Shown piece by piece: positions 1 to 8,424 of a stretch of DNA of 64,000 nt. Within the stretch, counting starts at the first letter, position 1. Each line of letters begins with the position of its first letter. Source of the DNA: Bacteroidota bacterium. Its GTDB lineage: Bacteria; Bacteroidota; Ignavibacteria; UBA10030; SZUA-254. The stretch spans positions 13,066 to 77,065 of the forward strand of contig DASQAZ010000036.1 in the NCBI GenBank assembly GCA_035635475.1. Reading direction: 5' to 3'. The translations under genes were made by a program, and so were the position numbers. Under the pieces are notes generated by a model. That model was not told the origin of the DNA, made no database searches, and saw only the letters and a list, made by a program, of their open reading frames with translations.

Positions 1-2047
1 CGCCCGTTCCTGCGGCGTTCTTTGCGCGAACACGCCAAAAATACTTTGTCTGGTTTGCCAGCGAGCTAACCTGCCGCGATGTGTCGGCGACGAGAGAGTC
101 ATCCAGCACGACACCCACAAAGAGCGAATCAAGCGAAACTTGCAGACGATACGAACTCACTGCCGGCAATGCCCTCCACCGAACTGCAAGTGTCGTCGGC
201 TGATCCACGGAGGCGCTGGCGGGAGAGATGAGCGTTGGAATCCCGGGGGTCGCAGGCAGGATCGTAAAGCTCCAGGGAACCGACCAACTACCCCAGCCTG
301 CGGAATTCCGGGCACTGACGTGCCAGTAATACGTCGTGTTGTTGGCGAGGGGGCCAACCGATCGTGACGTGCTCACGACCCCGGAATCGTCCACGGCGGA
401 AGTACCGAAGGAAGAATTTGTCGATAGCTGAAGTCTATACGCGTCGGCGCCTGCGACCGAACCCCAGGATAGCGTCAATGTTGATGGTTGGTTCACGGAA
501 CCGTTCGGGGGACTTGTCAGGGCAACCTGATCGGTCAATGTGAAAAATGCCACATCCCCGCCTTCTCCGGTTCCTGCGCCGTTGAAGGCGACGAGCTTGT
601 AATGGTACTGAGTACTTGGCGAAAGTCCGCGAATGACACCGGAGACGTTGACGGGGCTGGTTCCGGCGACGGGACTTTCCACGGCGGTGATTGCGTTGCC
701 ATATGCCGTTGTTGTCCCAAATTCGAACTTTGCCTGAGTCGAGGTCCCGTTCGGATTGACGATTCCCTGAAAGTTTGCGGAAATCGCATCGACGCCCACC
801 GGGGGCTTCGTCGTGGCGGCCGGTGCGGCGCCGGTGACGAAACTCCAGACAGCCGACCATGGGCCCGCTGCCGACGAATTCAGCCCGCTGACCCGCCAGT
901 AAAACGTCGTGCTGTTAGCGAGCGGACCGACAGCCTGCGCGGTGCCGGTGATGGTCGAGTCGTCGAACCCGAGTGTTGCGAATGTGGGGCTCATCGATAC
1001 CTGGAGCCGGTAGCGCGACGCTCCGGAAGCTGCATTCCAAGAGACCGTGACCGTGACGGGCTGGTTGGCGGCGCTGTTCGGCGGGCTGAGGAGCGTCGGA
1101 GCCGGGGGAGCGGCGGGAACTGTCGCAAAGTACCAGGCATTCGACCAGGCGCCCTGTCCCCCCGCGTTTTTCGCGCTGACGCGCCAGTAGTAGATGGTGC
1201 CGTTCGCCAGCGGCCCAACGCTGCGGGATGTCGCGGTCAGGGCAGAATCATCAAGGGCGAGAGTGGCAAAGCCCGAGCCGGCCGAGACCTGCAGATGGTA
1301 ACTTGAGGCGCCCGGAGTGGACGACCAGCTGAGACTCACTGTCGGCGGTTGATCTGCGGCCCCGTTCGGAGGCGAGGCGAGATTCGGCGCGGCGGGCGGC
1401 GCCGTCGCCGTCGTGAAACTCCGGCTGGCTGACCAGGAGCTCGCCCCACCGGAATTGGATGCATTCACGCGCCAATAATAATCGAAATTGTTCTGCAGGC
1501 CTTGTACCAGGCGGCCGGTCGTCACGAGAGTGGAATCATCCACTACCAATGTGGAAAAAACAGGAGAGGCGGATAGCTGCACCCTGTACGAAGTCGCCCC
1601 GGAAGAGGCGCCCCATGTCAGCGTCACACTCGTCGGCACCACCGCCCCGTCGGCGGGGCTCGATGGAACGGGCGACGGCGGAGGCACCGGAACAGTCCCG
1701 AAAATCCAGGTATCGGACCATGATGACACGTCTACAAGATTCTGCGCTCTCACGCGCCAGTAGTATGTTGTGCTCCGATGAAGGCCGCTGACGTCGGTCG
1801 ATTGTCCTGCAATCGATGAATCGTGATACACGAGCGATGTGAACAACGGAGTATCGGAGATCTGCAGCTCGTAGCTGCTCGCACCGAGGACTGCGCGCCA
1901 GGCGAACGTGAGCGACGTCGGCTGATTGATGGAGCTGTCAGCAGGAGACAGGAGCCTGGGCGCCGGAAGCACCTGGGCCATTGTCCTGGGAGCCGCCGCA
2001 AGGAACAAGAGGAACAATGCGCAAGAGAGCCGCACGGCGGGCATCAT
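1..2047 (-). CDS. Secreted tandem-repeat protein with at least 6 copies of a ~93-aa FN3-like module plus one canonical FN3 unit; C-terminal part runs off the window
   Basis: Hand translation of the minus frame is open from ATG 2047 to base 1. It is absent from the ORF track because no stop lies in the window. N-terminus MMPAVRLSCALFLLFLAAAPRTMAQ looks like a signal peptide. Repeated module: SP.NG..NQP..L.W....GA..Y.LQ.S....F....DDS.......V..L...T.YYWRV.A.N..G...WS..W.F.T. One divergent unit reads KFEFGTTTAYGN...LSPSTQYHYKLVAFNGAG. The start lies 4 nt after the upstream stop. Confidence 0.8.
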   Translation of the reverse strand, partial: MMPAVRLSCALFLLFLAAAPRTMAQVLPAPRLLSPADSSINQPTSLTFAWRAVLGASSYELQISDTPLFTSLVYHDSSIAGQSTDVSGLHRSTTYYWRVRAQNLVDVSSWSDTWIFGTVPVPPPSPVPSSPADGAVVPTSVTLTWGASSGATSYRVQLSASPVFSTLVVDDSTLVTTGRLVQGLQNNFDYYWRVNASNSGGASSWSASRSFTTATAPPAAPNLASPPNGAADQPPTVSLSWSSTPGASSYHLQVSAGSGFATLALDDSALTATSRSVGPLANGTIYYWRVSAKNAGGQGAWSNAWYFATVPAAPPAPTLLSPPNSAANQPVTVTVSWNAASGASRYRLQVSMSPTFATLGFDDSTITGTAQAVGPLANSTTFYWRVSGLNSSAAGPWSAVWSFVTGAAPAATTKPPVGVDAISANFQGIVNPNGTSTQAKFEFGTTTAYGNAITAVESPVAGTSPVNVSGVIRGLSPSTQYHYKLVAFNGAGTGEGGDVAFFTLTDQVALTSPPNGSVNQPSTLTLSWGSVAGADAYRLQLSTNSSFGTSAVDDSGVVSTSRSVGPLANNTTYYWHVSARNSAGWGSWSVPWSFTILPATPGIPTLISPASASVDQPTTLAVRWRALPAVSSYRLQVSLDSLFVGVVLDDSLVADTSRQVSSLANQTKYFWRVRAKNAAGTG

Positions 2048-2051
2048 GAAC

Positions 2052-3983
2052 TCATCGTTTCGCATACACAAGGACGCCGTCGACTGTTGTTCTCTCCTCA
2101 TGAGTGCTCATGTTTTCGAGTCGAATCTCGGACCTCCGGATGCCGATGGCATTGAGGCGTGCGATGGCCTCGATACGCCGCAGGATCTCGGGTTTCACGG
2201 TCTGGTCTGCAATCAACAGCTCATCGACTTTCATCTTGTGCAGCAACCCCTCGAGCTTCCAGTGACCGCCGAAGACAGGGTAGCCATTGACGTTCTTGCC
2301 CTCGAGGTCTGCGTCGTCGTCCAGGAATCCAATCGGGATCAGTTTCGGTGAGGGATCATCCAGGATTTTTTGGAGCAGCAGCATTCCGTCGGTTCCGGCG
2401 CCGTAGATGAGTATGCGCTTGCCTCCTTCAAGCTCCCGGCGTGACAGGTACCTGAGAACGTGGAATGACGCCCGGGTTCCGGCGACCAATGACGCCAGAA
2501 TGTAAAAATCCAGAATGAGCCCTGTAACACCCAGGGCGGCGGAAGACCAGGATGTGACCATAAAAAACAGCGCAGTTATTCCCACCGCGGCTGTTGCCGT
2601 CTTTAATATGTTCAGCAAGTCTCCCAGCCCGAACATCCGGATGGTCTCCCGATAAAGGCCGCATGCACAAAATATGGAAAGCTGCAGGAAACCGGCCATT
2701 GCCAAGGAGAAGAAAAATTCGCGACCCGAGTACAGTTCGTCCGGAGTCGTCAACAAATATGAAGCTGAAAAGGCGATCAATATGTAACAAAGATCGAGAA
2801 ACGCATGGAAGAGCGTGCGATGCATCAGCGCGGAGTCATAGATCGGCAGCAGCATGCCGTTTCGAAGCACGGCGATCTCCCGGTACTGAAGTCTCCGCAC
2901 CCCGACAACCGATGCAATCGAGACCGCAGCAACGATGAACGCGTTGGTGCTGCTGTTGCTGACCTGGAGCGCGAACGCGGCGGCGCCGAAGATGCAGGAG
3001 ACCAGGTACAAGACAAACACCACGGCGCGCTGCGATAATCCCTTCGCGATCAACCTGTGGTGGATATGAGCTTTATCGGGTGTGACAATTGTGTGAAGCC
3101 TCGCGAGGAGCCCCGCCGGGCCCGAACCTGTCGGGAGGAGCGACTTCAACATCCGTCTAATCATAGAGAGAAGCGTGTCCATGATCGGCAATCCCAGCGC
3201 GAGCAGCGGGACGAGGATGGTAAATGCCGTCGATCCCTTGGTCGAACTCTGGATGGAAAGCACTGCAAGGGAGAATCCGAGGAAAAGGCTGCCGGAGTCT
3301 CCCAGGAAAATCCGCGCCGGGTTGAAATTATATTTCAGGAAACCGATGAGGGCTCCGGCCAGGGCAAGAGAGATCATCGCAATTGCATAATGTTGAGAGA
3401 GGCAGGAAATCGCGCAGACGGTGATCGAAGCGATGACGGCGATTCCCGATGCGAGTCCATCGAGGCCGTCGATGAGATTAAAGGCATTCGTCACGCCGAC
3501 GATCCATAGAACCGTGACGGGAAAATCGAGGATGCCTAAATCCAGCAGGTTCGAGCCGAGGATATTTGTCACCGATGAAATATGGACCCCGGCGGCGTAA
3601 ACGGTCGACGCGGCGAGCGCTTGCGCCAGGAATTTTTGGCCCGCCTTGATCGGCCGTATGTCATCCCAGATTCCCACGGCGAGCATTAGCATAAGCGATC
3701 CGATAAGCAGGATTGCCTGGTGCGTTTGAAGCCGGGAAATTGAGTGCAAGAAGGGATTGATCGGATACAGGATCACCAAAGCCAGAAGAAAGCTGATGTA
3801 GATCCCGACACCCCCCAGCCGCGGCATCGGGCGTGTATGAATCTTTCGTGGGTCCGGCTTGTCGATTGCCCCGACAAGTCCGGCCAGCTTGATGACAAAC
3901 GGCGTCGCAATCAGCGAAAGAACAAGCGGAATGCCGAAGGTGAGGACGACGTTGAAGACGGTTCTGACGGTCTCGTTGCTCAT
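2052..3983 (-). CDS. Polyprenyl-phosphate HexNAc-1-phosphate transferase (WecA/MraY family, initiating enzyme) fused to a C-terminal multi-TM plus CoA-binding/Rossmann-like module
   Basis: 643-aa ORF. The N-terminal ~330 aa are multi-TM with IDKPDPRKIHTRPMPRLGG, NAFNLIDGLDGLASG and FLGDSGS motifs. The C-terminus RILIYGAGTDGMLLLQKI...IPIGFLDDD...VNGYPVFG resembles the CoA_binding_3-type domain seen in WbaP/PglF-type proteins. Confidence 0.85.
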   Translation of the reverse strand: MSNETVRTVFNVVLTFGIPLVLSLIATPFVIKLAGLVGAIDKPDPRKIHTRPMPRLGGVGIYISFLLALVILYPINPFLHSISRLQTHQAILLIGSLMLMLAVGIWDDIRPIKAGQKFLAQALAASTVYAAGVHISSVTNILGSNLLDLGILDFPVTVLWIVGVTNAFNLIDGLDGLASGIAVIASITVCAISCLSQHYAIAMISLALAGALIGFLKYNFNPARIFLGDSGSLFLGFSLAVLSIQSSTKGSTAFTILVPLLALGLPIMDTLLSMIRRMLKSLLPTGSGPAGLLARLHTIVTPDKAHIHHRLIAKGLSQRAVVFVLYLVSCIFGAAAFALQVSNSSTNAFIVAAVSIASVVGVRRLQYREIAVLRNGMLLPIYDSALMHRTLFHAFLDLCYILIAFSASYLLTTPDELYSGREFFFSLAMAGFLQLSIFCACGLYRETIRMFGLGDLLNILKTATAAVGITALFFMVTSWSSAALGVTGLILDFYILASLVAGTRASFHVLRYLSRRELEGGKRILIYGAGTDGMLLLQKILDDPSPKLIPIGFLDDDADLEGKNVNGYPVFGGHWKLEGLLHKMKVDELLIADQTVKPEILRRIEAIARLNAIGIRRSEIRLENMSTHEERTTVDGVLVYAKR

Positions 3984-3989
3984 CGTGGT

Positions 3990-4919
3990 TCAGAGTCCTA
4001 TTAAAAGACTTATCTCGTGGAATTGCGATACCGCGTTATTTGGAGAAATGGCGTAATCGATCTCGATCCGGTCGGTGATGAATCCAGCACCGTAATGTGC
4101 AGCCGCGGCGCCGGGGAGTGCGATATAACCGGCGCGAAGAGCGATGGTTCGCACCGGGTAGACTTCGAAGCCGACTTTGTACCGGGATCCGCTCTCACCG
4201 ATGCTCTTTTCATCCGCGACAGCGAGAACAAGCAACCGCCGTCCTACGAAAGAAGGATATTGAAGGCTGAGCCCGAGACCGAGGCTTGCCGGAACGGACT
4301 CCGTTACCAGGGCCGTTCCGGGCTGGTCCCGGCGGACGTCGATCCGGGTGCTGATCCCCGTGTAGACCAGGCCGTAGGTCGAGCCGGGAGTCGGACTGTA
4401 AAAACATCCCGCCGACCATGAACGCGCCGTCGCCCGCTCCATACCGCTTTCGGCTGTCGATGCGCCTATTCTGCCGCCAAGGCCGAGGGTTGGCGTGACT
4501 GCCCGGGCGTAGGCGATATCCATTCCGTATTGCATGAATTGCAAGGCCGGCCCGACGGTCTGATTCAGATTTCCCGTATGAGTGAGCGTCAAACCGACGC
4601 CGATCATGTCCTCTCTCGATGCCGGGAACGCGAACGCGGCCCCCTCGCTCATCGAGGGATCGGGCACTTCCTGCACATGATTCACGGCGAGGAATCTTCT
4701 TTCAATAAAGAGAAGAGCTGCCGGATTTCCGTACATACTGTTCGGGTCAAACGCCTCGGCCGCCGAAACACCGCCAAGAGCCGCGCTCCGGGCTCCCCCA
4801 TCGACCGTGAGCGGATGATAATCGGGTAATTGCTGGGAAAACGCGTGCCCGGTCATCATGATAGCCATTCCACAAATCCAGGCCAGGCGGAAATGCATCA
4901 TATGCGCGCCGCTATTCAT
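3990..4919 (-). CDS. Outer-membrane beta-barrel protein of the EPS export operon (PorV/PorQ-like N-terminal motif); function unknown
   Basis: Signal peptide MMHFRLAWICGMAIMMTGHAFSQ. GARSAALGGVSAAEAFDPNSMYGNPAAL resembles the conserved N-terminal block of PorV/PorQ-type barrels. Composition is G/A/S/T/Y-rich and alternating. It sits between the wza-like and wecA-like genes with 6-11 nt gaps. Confidence 0.5.
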   Translation of the reverse strand: MNSGAHMMHFRLAWICGMAIMMTGHAFSQQLPDYHPLTVDGGARSAALGGVSAAEAFDPNSMYGNPAALLFIERRFLAVNHVQEVPDPSMSEGAAFAFPASREDMIGVGLTLTHTGNLNQTVGPALQFMQYGMDIAYARAVTPTLGLGGRIGASTAESGMERATARSWSAGCFYSPTPGSTYGLVYTGISTRIDVRRDQPGTALVTESVPASLGLGLSLQYPSFVGRRLLVLAVADEKSIGESGSRYKVGFEVYPVRTIALRAGYIALPGAAAAHYGAGFITDRIEIDYAISPNNAVSQFHEISLLIGL

Positions 4920-4930
4920 CGACCAACCCG

Positions 4931-5671
4931 TCAGTGCACAAAGCTGAAAAAGCCGAACAGGAGCACGGCATCCCGGAGGAAATCGGAAAATTGCTTCACG
5001 GCGTTCTCTGTCTTCGGCACGAATACGGTGTCGCCGGGCCTCACTCTCGGAAGCCGCTCCACGGTCCCGTTTTCAAGAGCCGTCGCCAGGTCGACCTCGG
5101 TGGGATCTTCATTCCTTCCGGCGCGAATAATCTTCACGTGACGCAGATCCGCTTCCGGGGTTGTTCCGCCCGCGCTGGATATCATTTCGACAAGCGGTAC
5201 TTCAGCCAACACCTGGAAATTTTCCTGCTTCGCGACAGCGCCGATGACCGTGACCCTCTGGCCGAGCGGACTGAAGATCGCAACGATAATTCTGGGGTCG
5301 CCATGGATGTAATCCGAGAGCTTCTGCTTCAGGAGTTGTTGAAATTGCTCTTTGGTCAGTCCTTCGACCATAATCTCGCCGATGAGCGGAACGATGATCA
5401 GCCCTCCCTCCCGCACGATGCCCTTCGTACTGAACTCGGGGTATCCCCATACCGAAACGTCGACGGAATCGCCTTGTTTGATACGATAGGTTTTCGGCTG
5501 GGCGGCCGCAACCCCCAGCGAACCCGAACCTGATCGGGAATATCCCGCAAAATTGTCCCGTACGGCACCCTCTCGCGTGCTGCAGGAGATAATGAACAGT
5601 CCGGCGAAAAGGAGCACCAGAGTGTGCATTATTTGCACAGCGGCACGCTCCACAACGACTAGTTTTTGCAT
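4931..5671 (-). CDS. wza: Polysaccharide export outer-membrane lipoprotein (Wza-type, Poly_export + SLBB domains)
   Basis: YRIKQGDSVDVSVWGYPEF...GGLIIVPLIGEIMVEGLT.EQ is the Poly_export block. RVTVIGAV...ISSAGG...VKIIR...LRPGDTVFVP is the SLBB block. Candidate lipobox LFAGLFIISC. A later start at MHTLVLLF is possible. Confidence 0.85.
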   Translation of the reverse strand: MQKLVVVERAAVQIMHTLVLLFAGLFIISCSTREGAVRDNFAGYSRSGSGSLGVAAAQPKTYRIKQGDSVDVSVWGYPEFSTKGIVREGGLIIVPLIGEIMVEGLTKEQFQQLLKQKLSDYIHGDPRIIVAIFSPLGQRVTVIGAVAKQENFQVLAEVPLVEMISSAGGTTPEADLRHVKIIRAGRNEDPTEVDLATALENGTVERLPRVRPGDTVFVPKTENAVKQFSDFLRDAVLLFGFFSFVH

Positions 5672-6097
5672 AGGCTATGCCTGTAGATAGTTCGTTTCGC
5701 GTCCATTATGGAATGCCTCCCAGTGATTTTATCAAGTATCGCATGGCCTTCATGGCTGTGTTCAAGAGGCTAAGTACAAGAAGCGTACCAGTCGGGGGCT
5801 CAGATCGTGCCGCGGTTGATTCCTGCTCGTTTCATGCGAGAAACGAAAGAAATCTACCGGAGCGGGTTGACCGGCACTTGAGGAAGGCGGAATCCTCCCG
5901 CGCAAATTTCGATCTGCAGGAACGTGAGGGGTGCAAGATTTGCGCAGAAGCCCCCAGGGGTTGGCTTTCGTATGATGATTTTCCGAACCAAAATCCACAT
6001 AAAGAGCGGCTAAAGTGTGAAAAACTATTTGGTATGATAATTGCCCCCCGTATGATGTCGGCATGAGTATCCCATTAGAGCCAGAAAGGATCCTCCG

Positions 6098-7432
6098 GTG
6101 AGTCCAGCACAGTTTTCCGCACATGACATCGTCAATCTTATCGTCCGGAGAAAGAAACTGATCAAGGTTTCCTTCTCCGTCGTCTTTCTTCTCAGCACGC
6201 TCTGCGCCTTCATCCTGCCGCGGAAATATGAATCGTCCATCACGATCCTCGTGCAGCGCGACGAAACGCTCAATCCGCTGGTCAGCTATGAGATGGCGGT
6301 CTCGATGGCGTCGGAAGACCGGCTGAGGACTTTCAACGAGATCATTTTCAGCCGCCCCAGCATCGAGGCTCTTATTGACAGCATCGGCCTGAGACGGTCG
6401 ATCGGCTCAACGCGGCAACAGGAGGATTTAATAAAAGAACTGCGCAAAAACATCAAGACAGACCGGAAGGGCGACTCCTTCTCGATCACCTATGTCGACG
6501 TGGACCCCGTTCGGGCACAAGCGGCCGTCTCGGCCATTGAGAACTTTTTCGTCAAGACCGAGCTTCAGGTTGAGCACCAGCGGGACGAACTCACCGTGGA
6601 ATTTTTCGAGAAAAAGCTCGACGACCTGCGGCAAAAATTCGAAGAGAATCAGAAACAGATGGTCTCCCTCCTGCGGCAGCGAATTCAGGAACAGCCGACG
6701 GAGAATCGCGGACTGTACACGCAGGTGGAAAATGCAGACAAGCAGATTAGCGATATCGATACGCGGATAAAGACGTATGAGCACGAATTGGGCGTCCTCC
6801 GCTCACTGCCACAATCTCTTGAGAGCGCCAAGGGGAGGCAGGCTCTTGACGAATTGCAGCGCGCGGATCTACCGTTATCGGGCGATCTCCACACGGTGCT
6901 CGCCAAGCGCGATGAACTCCTCCAGCGCTATACCCCGCAATATCCTGAGGTGCAAAAGCTCGGGGGACAGGTGACCGAGTTGCTGGACCGCATGCGCAAG
7001 GCGCTCGAAACCGAGATATCGAAGCAGCAATCGGATCTGTTCACCCTCCAGCAGAAGAGGGGGCAGTCGATCAACGACCTTAAGCAGTCCTCCGTCACCC
7101 AGCGCGTCGATCAGGACAAGGAGGCGGACTACGGCATCTACCAGAAACTCTATGACGAAATGAAGGTCAAACTGGAGCAGGCCCGCACGGCCCGCGATCT
7201 CGGGAAGCGGGCGGCAAATCAGTTTGTCGTCATCGATCCCGCACAGGTGCCGGCTGAAGCGACAAAGCCGAACCGGACGCTTCTGATCGCGGGGGGATTC
7301 GGGCTCGGACTGTTCATGGGCCTTCTCGCCGCGGTGGGAGCGGAGCTTATGGACACCCGGGTGCGGTCGCCGCTGGATGTCGAAGTGTATGGAAAGCCGA
7401 TCATCGCGTTCATCCCCGAAACGCTGCAATAA
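6098..7432 (+). CDS. Polysaccharide co-polymerase / chain-length determinant (Wzz/GumC-type PCP)
   Basis: 444 aa with an N-terminal TM (VSFSVVFLLSTLCAFILP) and a long coiled-coil middle. The C-terminal block FVVIDPAQVPAEATKPNRTLLIAGGFGLGLFMGLLAAV carries the second TM. This is the PCP architecture. Confidence 0.85.
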   Translation: MSPAQFSAHDIVNLIVRRKKLIKVSFSVVFLLSTLCAFILPRKYESSITILVQRDETLNPLVSYEMAVSMASEDRLRTFNEIIFSRPSIEALIDSIGLRRSIGSTRQQEDLIKELRKNIKTDRKGDSFSITYVDVDPVRAQAAVSAIENFFVKTELQVEHQRDELTVEFFEKKLDDLRQKFEENQKQMVSLLRQRIQEQPTENRGLYTQVENADKQISDIDTRIKTYEHELGVLRSLPQSLESAKGRQALDELQRADLPLSGDLHTVLAKRDELLQRYTPQYPEVQKLGGQVTELLDRMRKALETEISKQQSDLFTLQQKRGQSINDLKQSSVTQRVDQDKEADYGIYQKLYDEMKVKLEQARTARDLGKRAANQFVVIDPAQVPAEATKPNRTLLIAGGFGLGLFMGLLAAVGAELMDTRVRSPLDVEVYGKPIIAFIPETLQ

Positions 7433-7458
7433 TGGCCGGACCACTGAAAGGATTCTAA

Positions 7459-8241
7459 ATGCTGCCCCCAACAACGGATACTCCAGAAAAGGGCGAAGAA
7501 GTCAACCAGGAACCCGGAACACAGGAGCTTGAGCGCGCAACCCGGTCGATTATCCTCAAACCGGAGATCGCGAGCGACATCAATGAAGGGTTCATAGACT
7601 TCCAGTTCTATAATTGTTTCAACTATTCGCTCCTGTCAGCCGACGGCAAGTCGGTCAACCTCACGCTCGGAATTACCAGCGCGAATCCGGGAGAGGGAAA
7701 GACGCTTGTCGCCTGCAATCTGGCGGTTTCTCTTGCGATGGGGTATGGGAAGGAGACCGTGCTCGTCGACCTCAACCTTGAAGAACCGAGGATCCACGAC
7801 ATCTTCGGCACGCCGAAAGGTCCCGGTCTGGTCGATGCCCTGCAACGGGGGCCGATTCAGATCTCGCGGACCGCGATCGAACACCTGTCGATTCTGACCG
7901 CAGGCGAGACGAACGGTCACTTCAAACCGAGCAAGGGAGGGAAATCGGTGGAATTCCGCAACCGCGGCGGGACCGCCCCGACCGTCGGGCTGAATCACCT
8001 GGCTGATTTCGGCAGCATCATCCTCTCGCTGGAGCAGCAATACGACTTTGTTATCGTCGATATGCCCTCGATTGAATCGAAAGGGGTTCCAATTCTGTAC
8101 GCCAACCACCTCGACGGCCTGCTCGTTGTCGTGGACTCGCGAAAGACAAGACGGGCCGATCTTGAGCGGCTCTTCCGGCGCGTTCATAAAAAGCAGGTGG
8201 TGGGATTCGTGTTTAACTGCTTTGAGTCCGATGATCACTAG
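7459..8241 (+). CDS. P-loop ATPase of the BY-kinase (CapB / Wzc C-terminal) family with degenerate kinase motifs
   Basis: Walker A GITSANPGEGKT and Walker B-like YDFVIVDMPS are present. The Walker A' position reads VLVDLNLEEP instead of the usual hhhhDxDxR(R/K)P. There is no C-terminal tyrosine cluster (ends FNCFESDDH). Confidence 0.75.
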   Translation: MLPPTTDTPEKGEEVNQEPGTQELERATRSIILKPEIASDINEGFIDFQFYNCFNYSLLSADGKSVNLTLGITSANPGEGKTLVACNLAVSLAMGYGKETVLVDLNLEEPRIHDIFGTPKGPGLVDALQRGPIQISRTAIEHLSILTAGETNGHFKPSKGGKSVEFRNRGGTAPTVGLNHLADFGSIILSLEQQYDFVIVDMPSIESKGVPILYANHLDGLLVVVDSRKTRRADLERLFRRVHKKQVVGFVFNCFESDDH

Positions 8242-8253
8242 AAGAGCATTCCT

Positions 8254-8424
8254 ATGATTACTCTCGGGGGAACCGTTTTGCTTTGCATCATAGCAATGCT
8301 GATCGGCAAACGGCGCGGTGGCTCGATGACCTGGGTCGATTACACGATCATTACGACCATAGCGCTCGCCCAGGCAGCCGTAGTGGTGTACGACATGTTC
8401 ACCCTGGAGCCCCCGACGATATGA
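8254..8424 (+). CDS. Small (56 aa) two-helix membrane protein, below the track's 60-aa listing limit
   Basis: ATG 8254 to TGA 8422-8424 translates as MITLGGTVLLCIIAMLIGKRRGGSMTWVDYTIITTIALAQAAVVVYDMFTLEPPTI. This gives two hydrophobic helices with a KRRGG loop. The stop overlaps ATG 8421 of the Wzy-like gene (ATGA). Confidence 0.35.
   Translation: MITLGGTVLLCIIAMLIGKRRGGSMTWVDYTIITTIALAQAAVVVYDMFTLEPPTI

Noticed and set aside
140-2001. Track ORFs on both strands over the first 2 kb (e.g. 488-1306 +, 435-860 -, 1750-2001 -)
   Set aside because: All are out of frame or antisense to the single minus frame that is open across 1-2047. That frame has a signal peptide and clear domain repeats. The rejected ORFs are R/G/C/P-rich with no motifs.
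5677-6066. 129-aa ORF in the EPS divergent intergenic region, and a possible c-di-GMP riboswitch
   Set aside because: The ORF has no motifs and odd composition. A few GCGCAAA/GCGCAGAAGCCCC strings loosely resemble GEMM-I pieces, but no coherent P1/P2 architecture was seen.
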